Of a stretch of 64,000 nucleotides of DNA, positions 1 through 10,500 are shown one piece after another. This stretch comes from Klebsormidium nitens (lineage: Eukaryota > Plantae > Klebsormidiophyceae), in contig DF237240.1 of assembly GCA_000708835.1 (NCBI GenBank), forward strand, positions 43,697 through 107,696, given 5' to 3'. A program made the translations under genes and the position numbers. The notes under the pieces are model-generated. The model saw only the letters and a program-made list of their open reading frames with translations. It did no database searches and was not told the origin of the DNA. Within the stretch, counting starts at the first letter, position 1, and each line of letters starts with the position of its first letter.

Positions 1-352
1 CGGATTTCGCGAACAGCGCATTCGCCGGAAAAAATCGGTTCCCAAAGGTTCCTCGATAAGAAGCAAGGGAAGCGCATCACTCGCACATGAGATTGTGGTG
101 TGGCTGACCGCAGGCCGACACTTTCTGTTCGTCACAGTCTTCCTAACCAATCCATATTACGGATGCTCTGGCTGTGCCTTACCTTCCTCCTCTCCTCCTC
201 TGATCACATTCAAAATCTGATAGCGTCGGGCTGGTCTTCTGCTTTGGGACTTGCTGGAAAACCAGCACCTGCTCGTCAAGTCAATTTTCACGGGCCTTTG
301 TATCCTCCAAAGGTCCGTTGCGGTTGTTTCTCGTTTGATAGTCGGGCTGCTC

Positions 353-734
353 CCTGCCAGGTAAGGGACGTGTTGGAGAACCAGGAGGTGGTCCTTGTCA
401 GTAGTGAAGACTTCTTGTATCTTGTTCACAGCTGAATGCTTGCAGAGGCTTACGTCTTGTTCGAAGTCAATGCCGCCCCCCCCTGCCAGGTGTGGGACGC
501 GCTGGAGAACCAGAGGAGGTCCTTGTTAGCACCACAGATTCTTGTTGTGCTGTCTATGAGGAAATGCCTGCAAACGCTAAGCCCTTGTTCAAAATCGATC
601 CCCCCCGGTGCCAGGTGTGAAACATGTTGGAGAACAGGAGGGGGGCCTTGTTAGCACCACAGATTTCTTCCGTGCTGTCCATAAGTAAATGTAAACGTTC
701 AAACCTTGTTCACATCGATCCCCCCCGGTGCCAG
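353..734 (+). repeat. Three degenerate intronic tandem copies (~120-130 bp period) of the PP2C splice acceptor plus the first ~30 nt of the exon
   Basis: The motif (C)nTGCCAG-GT(G/A)(T/A)GGGAC..TGGAGAAC(C)AGGAGG occurs at ~353, ~483 and ~607, ahead of the true exon start at 735. Confidence 0.85.
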
Positions 735-1289
735 GTGTGGGACGTGTTGGAGAACCAGGAGGTGATACAGCTGGTCGCCTCGCTGGCCGCCCGCAAGGAC
801 GCCGCCAACCGCGTCATCCAGACCGCGGTGCGCACCTGGCGGGAAAAGTACCCGTTCTCCAAGACCGACGACTGCGCGTGCGTGGTCCTCTTCTTGGACG
901 GGGGCATCGATGTCGAGGGCCCGCTCGTAAAAGTCGCAGCGGCGCAAGCAAAGCTGGGGGCGCCCAGCGCGCAAGCGAAGGTTGGGGCGCCCAACACGCA
1001 AGCAAAGGTGGGGTCACCTAACGGGGTGGGGGAACGTGGGCCGTCGTTAGCGGAAATGGGCCTGCTGGGGAAGAAGGCGGAAAAGGGGGAGAAGGGGGAG
1101 AAAGTTGGGGGAGAAAAGTCACCCCCGAAGGAGTTGCCGGAGGAGAGTTTGATAGCGCGGGCGGACAGCGTTGTGAATCTGTCGGCGGTGGTGCGGGCGA
1201 TGGATGACGAAGCCCCTGCGGACGAGGACGGCGGGAGCGCTCTCGTGGCGCGGGCCGACTCGGTCACCACTATCACTAGGAAATTGTGA
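735..1289 (+). CDS. Protein phosphatase 2C (clade E-like), last exon; upstream exons lie outside the window
   Basis: After the CCAG acceptor the frame reads VWDVLENQEVIQLVA...AVRTWREKYPFSKTDDCACVVLFL. This matches the C-terminal PP2C motifs (DG)VWDV and DD-x-A/T-V-V. A low-complexity tail follows, with TGA at 1287-1289. Confidence 0.85.
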   Translation: MWDVLENQEVIQLVASLAARKDAANRVIQTAVRTWREKYPFSKTDDCACVVLFLDGGIDVEGPLVKVAAAQAKLGAPSAQAKVGAPNTQAKVGSPNGVGERGPSLAEMGLLGKKAEKGEKGEKVGGEKSPPKELPEESLIARADSVVNLSAVVRAMDDEAPADEDGGSALVARADSVTTITRKL

Positions 1290-2322
1290 TAGAGGTGACG
1301 AAGTTGTGAGGGGCGGAAAGCGGATTGTTCGCTGCAATCAAGCCATGATTGCCCAGTGAGCGCACTCGAGAGGCAACGCAGGTCCAAGCGGGCGCTTCGC
1401 ATCAATAAACGTTGCAAATGCAGATTTATGTTCGACCAGAGTTGTGGCAGAACGTCAGTTGTAAATTTACACGCGTTGCTTCAAGACAAATATGTTAAGT
1501 ACGGTACAGGTCTGCTAGGTTCGTCGGATTTACAAGTGACTCCAGTCTTTTGACGTTCATACAAACTCAAGCTTTACAAGGAAGAGACACGTATACTTGA
1601 TGCAACTCACTAGCCGCGCGTCTCAGTCTCACACTGTGACAACCCTGCACGGTTTCTTGACGCGCATGCATTGTTACAGTACGTTATGCATAAGAAAATA
1701 GGGAGCTAAGAGCTCGCTCCAACCGTCATATATGAATAAGCAGCTAGCCTGGTGAATCATACACGTGATGGGGTCGCCGCGCGTATACTTAATGTGTAAG
1801 GCCGTCTAATTGACTCTTGAACTTAGACATATGCGTATGCGTGCTATACGCTCGCGCATGAACAGGCCCGCTCAGCTATAGCTCCGACATGTTGCAGTGC
1901 ACATGTTGGGCTCATGTACACGAGGCCGTCTCGATCAGCAATGATCACGACTCAGATCCTATATGCCATGTGTTGCGGCGGTATGTAGGAGCGGTAGCCA
2001 ATGCAATCTCAGGCTGTCGGAAGGTGTCCGACTCCGATTGAATCATACATGATGGTGCTGCTGCGCTTACGCGACCGCAGTCAGAAGCTTGATCGGCTCC
2101 AAAACGGATTAGTTTAAGACGGCTTGTCTCGAGCATCACGAATTGCGATCGAGAATCACGTCCGCCCCTCAGTCGCCTTGACACCTGCTCCGGTCATGCA
2201 ATCGGACACTCAATATCGAGTCCGTTCCTCGTGAGCGACCGGACAAGTAGGAAGAGTGCCGACAACCAAAACCCCTGTACACCAATCAGGCAGTCTAGCA
2301 CATCCCCCTCTGCAGGCGTTTC

Positions 2323-3339
2323 TCAATCTGGGCCTTGTTCGTGAGCATACCGATCAAGTAAGACCGGCACTAAGGAGACGGCTGCGAATACTACCGCTCC
2401 TGCACCAACGTATCGCATCGTTGCACTCTTCACAACACGTTGTTTGAACCTCTTCTTCTGCATAAAACCACGAGCACAAAAGTAAGTGCCAACATTCTCA
2501 ATACGCAACTTCAGCTTCTACGCAAGCCTCTGCAGACTTTCGGCAGATGCAAATCACTAGCTGCCGCGTGCTTTTCCTGATCTGACAATCTCCCGCTGTG
2601 ACAAAGCTAAATCACAAACTCCCACTCTGTCAAAGCATTTCCACAACAATCGCTTTGAAAAGAATCGCTCCTGACACCAGACGTACTCCGCCACTGCGCA
2701 GCTTACCCGTGCCTTACAAGCATGCCAGACTCAACGAACGCAACTTAGCACGAGACTGAAACAAACGGCGAGAGGACATGCGCTGAGGATCAGGCAGGAC
2801 GTAACTTACCTCTTGCGTTGCCACGTACTCCGAAATGGCCCCACTCGGTATCGACAGCTTGCCAGAGACCGGGCCTTCTACATAGGAGACCCTGAACAAG
2901 GGGGAAAATGCTGTTCTCGGTAAGTGGATGCAGGTTCCAACAACTTTCTGACTTCTGTCCATTTCCAACTGTCGTCGCTCCCACTAAAAGCGTGCTCTAG
3001 CGACCCGCATAAGACGCTGTCGCGGTGTGCACCTAGATCCCTTAAAAGCTTCGCAAACGAAGGCCGCTTGCCTGACTTGATGTTCACGGCTTGTCAGCAC
3101 AGAAAAGACAGCATCTTTCATTTACCCAAGCGCAACTTCGAGCAACGTTTTAGGAAGGCTGAGCTATAATGCTTCTCGCCAAAGCTTGATGATAGAGGAA
3201 AGCCACAGCAGAGGCAGTATTGCACAGGCTCGTCTGCCGACCAACCCGGGCTAAACGTAACCGCATGAGAAGGTACGACTAGAACGACCAGTATGACTAT
3301 GACGGTAAGCTGCGTCAGGAAAGCTGACACCTGGAGCAA
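2323..3339 (-). CDS. Putative multi-exon gene for a small secreted or membrane protein (exon chain unresolved)
   Basis: Hydrophobic signal-like N-terminus (MLQVSAFLTQLTVIVILVVLVVPSHA). Plausible donors at ~3126 and ~2808 and acceptors at ~3073, ~2892 and ~2460. The last exon has a TM-like stretch (YVGAGAVVFAAVSLVPVLL). I could not join all exons in frame. Confidence 0.3.
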
Positions 3340-4459
3340 GCCACCTGAAAGAGTCCACTAAGAAACTTTCGCGGGCAGCAGGCACTTGTCTTAAGCATCG
3401 AAGATCCAACAAACATGTGGAATACGAGGAGAAGAAAGATCTATCACCGGGAACTTTCGGCTGCTAACCAGGTCAATCACCAGCCTTGAGTTTCAGATTA
3501 CTGGGAAAATGACCGGTCTTTAACTTTGTTTAAAGGCCAGACTTCGATACTGGACACAAAACCACTTTTCAACCAGCCCATAACGATCCAGGATTAACGG
3601 CAAGCAATTTCTGTGTATAAGCGGAAACATCCGACAGTGAGAGCTTACCTAATGGAAGTAAGGAAATTCTTGACTACTCTCTGGAGCGCTGCCGGCCTGC
3701 ATAAGAACTCATAATATTATTCGGCTTGCCGACTCCTCTCGACGCCCTTCCGAATTGCGTGATGCTCTCTGGGTTTAGGTATGAGAAGCTCAATATATGA
3801 TAATGGGGCGGGTAGGGTTGGATTAGGGATTAGGGTGGGTTCGAAGCTGGTGATGACTCGGGTTAGGCTTTCGATATTGGCTTCGTTCTCAAAACACTTT
3901 GAGCCTACTATTGACTTTTTCAAGAAAATGAATCTCGTGCTTTGACCTTGACTGAAACTGAAATCTGGAGATCGTGACAATGCCCGTCGTTGAACGAAAC
4001 AAACGAACTAGCTTCGTGGCACATGATACTTGGTTCAGGAACGACCGACCGTCCTAACTTAGAAACGAAGACTCGATCAATGGAAAATTGGTGGGAAACG
4101 AAGCACTCTGGGGGCAGACAATGAAAAGCAGCTTGGCAAAGCGGTCTGCCGGCTCCGCCTAGGAAGAAGCTAAAGTGCGCAGGTGAAAAGGCGACAGGAG
4201 CTTCGACCAACTTGAACGCGTTCAACATGCTTGCGAGATTTGAACCGTTCAGTTGCCACGTAGGGGGATCTTGTCCTAACCAGGAAAAAAAAAGGACTCT
4301 CAGGATGCACGGGGTAAGCTGCTGGTACAGGGGTTCAAGGCTGTATGTTTCACGACCCTTTGCTCCGTATAGAAAGATTCGAAATGATGCTTTCTTTAGC
4401 ACAAGCAGACTCTGGCTCAAGAACGGAATTGACGAACCAGTCCAGACAGGAGGCGAGTC

Positions 4460-6788
4460 TCACCCGTTATTTTCTATGTGGATCGTCAGCCCAGGTTTCC
4501 GCTCCGCATCCTGTCGCGCGAGCGCCTCCAGCTTCGCGTAGACTTGTTGGCGAGTATTTTTAGCGGAATAACTTTGCAGGTCCAGAAGCCATTGGGACCC
4601 CCTCGGTGTCGGGTTTCTTCCCGTTGCTACCTTCTCGAGTCTCCGCCAAAACCCCTGACCTAGGCTCGAGTTCCCCACGCTGTGATCGAGAGCTTGGGCG
4701 TCCGTTTCTACGTGCCGAAAGGGCTCCCGCTCAACGTCCGTTTCATGGGGGTTCCTTAAGGAAGCGTTGTCCTGGAGGGGGGGTGTATCTGAGCTGGTGT
4801 CGGTTTCGCGGAAAGGTTCCAAAGGCTGGCGTGAGGAGCCGAGCTTTTGGGAGGCTCGCCGCTTAGCGCTTTTGGGCCTGGATGGTTCGAGTTTGGTGGA
4901 ACTTAGCCATGCCTTCAGCGCTAAGCGAGTTGCGTCAACCCCTCCCTCCCCGGAATCTGCGAGCGGAACCCCAGCATCGGCGCCCTGTTTCTCTGGTATT
5001 GGAGCTGTGGGGACCTTCTGTTCAGATTCGCCTTCAACCCCTACTCTCGACTTTGAAACAATAGGGGGGCTAGAGCTCGCACACCCAGTCTCTGCTGGGG
5101 CTCTGACTCCCTTCCTGGCTTTGCCCAAACCCGGTTCTCGACCTGAAGAGCTTGCCTCCTCCCCGGACGTTCTGCGCTCTTTCAGATCCTTGGACTTTGC
5201 TGTCACTCCCGATCCATCTTCCCCGTTGCCTGGAGCCACTTCTCTATCTAAACCGCTTGCCTCTGTTCCAGACGCTCTGCGCTTTTTCGGTTCCTTCGAC
5301 TTTGCATTTTCAGTAACTGGACGATCGCCCCGTTGGTGAGGCACATGCCCGCTGCCAGGCGCTGAGACCGCAGCAGACGCAATCATCTCGGAGAGCTCTT
5401 TGCAGATTGCTTGAGCTGCTGGATCCGAAAGAGTAGCAAACGGCCGCAGGGTTTCCTGGGTGACCCAGTTCGGCCGAACGCCTGCCGCTTTGAAAGCAGA
5501 CCAAGCCTGAAGGGCCGCTTGCACGTCGCCCGCTTTGACACAGGCATGGAGCCAAGAGTTGTATGTATGGTAGAAAGCTGGGGAAGCGAGACAGATAAGG
5601 ATGCTTAGGGCAAGACTTAAGAAGTTGCTGGCTAAAAAAGCCAGCTATATGGTCGCGGTGTTCACTTTTGCGCCTAGGGCAACTCATATCGGAAGGCAGC
5701 TAGGATATTATGTGGACAAGAAAGGGACAGGGGTCGATGCTTGTATGCAGGGAGTCAATCTGCAGGTGGAGAAACCTGTGGAAGAGCTGACTGTAACCTT
5801 ACATTGACGCTCCTAGCTGCTCATGAAGTGGAAAGAAGGTTAAGATGCGTAAAGTTCAACAGCTGCATCATCAGCATTGTTTTCAGAAGGCAACGAGTGC
5901 AAAGGAAGACACTATTTCCTGCAGCAGTTCTGGCTGCACCAACCTCTGCTATACCCACGGGCTTTGCAAAGCATGGGCGACGTCGAGAACAGCACTGGTT
6001 GGGCTTGATTACTTCATTCGCTACATTAGACTGTTGCGTCTCCAAGCTCATCAGACTCTTCGACGTTGGATTGAAAGGCTTAGTGCTGAACGCTTGCCTT
6101 GTAATGCAGGCCCGAATCATCCAAAACATGCAACTCGAAGGTGGTGTGACCAGGAAGATGTGGCAGGGGGCACGACTAAGTTCAGGGAACCACTCCAAGG
6201 AGCTGAAGAATCTGAACTAGAGGAGTTTTCAAGCCATAGCTTTCGATTGAACTCACGTTTTAATGATGCAGCTGGGATTTCCACAAGCACAATGTTGGCA
6301 GCCTCGTCCGGACGACTGTTTGCAACAAGTATGCTGAAAGCTTCGTCTCGCTGCACACCTTCAGCAGCCATTCTGTCCAATACTCGCCGTGCCTCCGGCA
6401 AGTTCGCAGCGAAGATCCACGCCTTCATGATGGCATGAAAGTGAGCTTTTGTGGGGAGGATCTTGTCTTCTCTCATCTCACAAAGCAGCTTTTCAGCTTC
6501 GAGTGGCAGCTTAGCTTTCCAAGCAACTCTCAGGCATACTGCGTAGGTCAAAGGATCAGGTGGTATCCCATGCAATCGCATCCTGCCGACGATCTCCTGG
6601 CACGTTTGCCACTTGACACGCCCCGGTATGAACATAAGCCTCTCAATATCAAGCAGCACTTCATTGTAGAAACAGCGACTGTGTGGCCTCCCAGCTTGCT
6701 CGCGCTCACGCAGTGCTCTGTCTTTCAAATCCAGCTCAGCTCTCGCAGCAAAACTCTGAGGAGAGAGAGACCTCTTTTGCAAATCCAT
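4460..6788 (-). CDS. Pentatricopeptide repeat (PPR) protein with a long low-complexity C-terminal tail, at least 2 exons
   Basis: PPR-like motifs include RMRLHGIPPDPLTYAVCLRVAWKAKLPLEAEKLLCEMREDKILPTKAHFHAIMKAW...EARRVLDRMAAEGV (6117-6788). A further motif, YNSWLHACVKAGDVQAALQAWSAFKAAGVRPNWVT, follows an acceptor at ~5579. The donor position is uncertain. Confidence 0.75.
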
Positions 6789-7506
6789 GGCTGCATCTCA
6801 GAGAAAGTGTGGAACACCCTACCCCTAGCTCAATGCTGACGCTGCTGCTGCATGTCCAAATGCTTGGAAGACCTCTTCTTGAAGGGCATGGTTGTCAATG
6901 CTGGCAACAGACGGCTCTGATCCTGCCCATGGGAAGCTTGCCGATTCGATTCTTCATAATGGCACCCAATGGCACCCGGATATCTTAACATATCTGGTGC
7001 AGGATTTGTCAAACTAGTATGTTAATTGCGCAGGCTCTGATGAAAACAAACCGAAAGTGATATTATTCAACCCATTCTTTGGAGCCGCTTTCTAAGCAGA
7101 TTTGTCGTATTTTTAAGATATATTGCTTCGATTTAAAGAACTCGATGTTCAGCATTTCACATGGACCAAAAAATGAAGCATGAAGAAAGTCACTTGAGGA
7201 ATTGGAAGGTTTAACTTTAAACAATGGAGGTGAATGGAGGGCATGCATTGCAATCTGCAGCGGTCGCAAGGCTCACTTCAAAGGAACGTTCAGATTGAAT
7301 TTAGAAGAGATGCTTCCTGCAAGAATTGTAGTCACTGATTGCTTTCTGCGAAGGAGGTTGAAAGCTTGGCTTAACCTGCCATAGCGGTGGTGATTCCTTC
7401 TGCAGGATATCAAAGGCGCTCCTGCAATTGCCCCCTAAATCCCTTCGAATGTTCGGCATTTGCCGGTCATTCAATCATAAGTTGTATTAAAGATCAAAAC
7501 TGCACC

Positions 7507-10500
7507 ATGGTCACTGAGAGTGAGGATCAGATCCCTGAGGAGACCGAGGGCGGGGGAATTGACGAAATTCCTTTCCGCCAATTGGCCGACAAGACACTTC
7601 TGTCTCCAGTAAGGATTGCACCACCATGTCCCCCATTGAATGCTCAAAGACCGCTCTCCTCTAGGCCCCAATTGAGGTTGCCGCTGAAGACTGGGTGCAA
7701 TTACGATCACATCATTGGTTCCTTCTATGTTGATGCATTGAGGCTTCCTTGCACTGTGCAGTGGGAAATTCCATTTATCGCATAGCGATTGATATGTTCA
7801 GAACTGGTATCACCATTTTAATCAAGGGCTTTCCTTACCCTTGCTGATGGTTCCTCTGGATCCTATGTCTCAGTAGTCTGGCTAGCCTAGAATTGCGGCT
7901 CGTTTGTAGTAGTTTCAGAGTCTGGCAACTCAACTACGGACTTTTCATCAATCACTCACGGAAAACTTGTTCGGCATCATGCACACCACCCTCATCAAGA
8001 CAGCGCCAAAGGGCCATTCACATTCCAGAGCTGGTTTTGAAGGAAGTTTCATCAATCATGCACAATCATTAGGAACCATCAGAAAGTGTACACAACTCCA
8101 GCTCTGCATTTCTGTGTTATGCAATCTTCCCTGTCAAACCGGCTCCAATTCATTGCTGGTTGACCACGTGCGCTCTAGCTCTTGAGGTGCCAAGCTAAGG
8201 AAGGAGGCCACCGGCCCCTGGAACCTCACGTTCTGTGCATCTTCAGACCCGTGAAGACCTAACGTTTTCAGATGTTAACTAGTTAAACAACTTGACATGA
8301 GTCTTATCTTGCCCCACTCCCCAGGTGCTGATTGCGTCATGGAGCCCCACCATGGACTTGCTTGCGATGGCCACCGCCGATGGCCAGCTGATGGTACACC
8401 GGCTCAACTGGCAGAGGCTCTGGACTGTGACCCCAGGTGATACTTCCTTACTTTACTTACCTTAGTTCGTTCAAAGCAGCCCAAGCCTTCACTGTTTTTG
8501 CAGTTCCTGGTCCTTCTGCCTGGTTTAAGAAGTAGAGAAACTGGTCCTGTATGCCGATCTTGAAAAGCCCCAGCTTTGCCTCCAGCTGCCCTTGTTATTG
8601 GAACTTTTGATCGGAAGGAGCTCTTGCCCTTGAAGACGTTTCTTCTAAGGTTCCGCAGAAGACCTTTCGTAGCTTTCTGGTTTTGAAGCAGCCTCTTGCA
8701 CCTTTGTGCCTTCTATTTCATTCTAGAAACATGCCAAGCTTCGTGAAAAGCTGATTTTGCTGATGAGGATTTGAGATGCTTTGCAGCCCATGCGGTGACC
8801 GCGCTTTGCTGGCAACCAAACGGGAAAGTTCTGGCGGCAGGACGGGAGGACGGCGGGGTTGTGCTGTATGACGTGGAGGTGAGATGAGCACCTGTGCAAC
8901 CTTGTGTTCCTGGGGTTGTACCATGAGTGATTGGATTCGGCTGGCGTCACGTAAGAGTAAGTGCTTGAACACCTCACAACAGACGCGCGGTGATATTCTG
9001 TCCACATGTGAAGATATTCTGTGGGTCTCGAGTCACAGAGATCAACGACTTGCAATTTCGTATTTATCGGCTAGTAGGATTGATGCGACAACCTGCGTCA
9101 AGGGCCTTCTATGCGCCATTGCCACAGTAGCTGGTTGAAGTACAGCTTTCAAGGCGTCCGGTTGGGTGACTCCTAAAAGACCCTGACAAACATTACTTTA
9201 CTTTACTCACAACCTTCGAAAATCAAGTCATCTTTGAGGTACGAACTGTTCTCTGTTGGTACAGACCGGCGAGGTGCATCGCCAGCTGGCGGAGCACAGC
9301 GCCGCCGTCACCTGCATGGAGTGGGTGGAGGAGGACGCTGAAGTGGGGGTGAGTTGCTCCTGCTTTTCTAGACCACTTTCCTCAAGAAGGTTTCTGCATA
9401 TTGTCAGCGCGACGGCTGCTCGCTGACGTCATGCCTACAGTCTTGAGCGATCCGAGAATCCATGGACAGACTTAAACGACTGATGTTCTCTCATGTACGA
9501 CCAGCCCTTGCCGTAAACCCGAAATGGCACTTCAAACGCTTCTGTTCGACCGGATGTACGATCTTTCAAAGCGGAAGGCTTCATGTTGAAACTTTTGTGG
9601 GCGACCTCTGCATTATAAAAACGCACGTGGTCGTTCTGGAAAGCTGAACAACTTCAATCCTTGTTATTAGTTTTCTCGTCCCGCCCTCAATTATCGCCCT
9701 CCGGCCCTTCTTCAGGCCTCCCCAGACAGCGTCTTCAGCTACACCGACCGCACCGCCCGCTTCTTCCCCCTCTGCCCCCCCCCTCCCCAAGGCCCCGAAT
9801 CCACCCCCCTGGCCGCATTTGACGTCACTGCCAGCAGCGAGCCCGGCGCCGCCCCTGCTGACAAGGCCTCCGGCAGCCTTTCGTCAAGATTGAGCATCCT
9901 GAGTAGCGCCGACAGTCAGGGGCTGGTCTGCTTACAGGCTCTGGGGGCGTTCCTGATCGGGAAGGTGAACCTGAGGGAGGTCGAGTTTCAGGAGCCGATG
10001 GAACCGGGGAAGTTCACCGGGGTGCTGCCGCAAAAGATGCGCGACGCGGAGGTCGTCAAGGTGAGTGACGGAGGGTGGGGGTGTGAAGCTGCTTATCAGT
10101 AATATAAGGCGAAAAGTCAACCATTTGCTGGTCTGCGGCACATATGCTTCACTGACGTGCTTCCCCCTGTCAAAATGCTGACAATCTGGGCGTTCCGTGA
10201 GGGACGACTGGATGCGTATCTGAGGGGTCGCCTGTCGCTTATGTCAGCCCTAAAGCTAGAGCACGGGAGGGGATTGATTGTCATCTGGTCTCTCCTTATA
10301 CTTTGATTGCTGGAACGAGGAAACATTTCATCCGCTGAAGCAGCTTCAGCATACTTGCTTTGCCCTCTGATCTTGTTGGTTGTAATTCATCCATCAGGCT
10401 CTCTCTCGTTAACCTCCGCTAAATGCAGATGGTGCCCGCACTTTCGTGCTTCAACCTAAGGGAATGAAATCAGTTCGACCTTTCAGCTTGTATATTTGAA

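Noticed and set aside
710-1417. 235-aa minus-strand ORF and other overlapping ORFs at 699-1337
   Set aside because: Antisense or off-frame shadows of the GC-rich PP2C exon, with no recognisable motifs.
5754-5808. GTCAATCTGCA half-site resembling the element palindrome (also GACAATCTGCA at 28278)
   Set aside because: No good partner arm at 33-34 nt (7/11 at best), which is compatible with chance.
5920-5977. CSSSGCTNLCYTHGLCK, resembling a WRKY19-type Cys repeat
   Set aside because: Single copy, antisense within the PPR gene, and the expected C-x2-H needs a frameshift.
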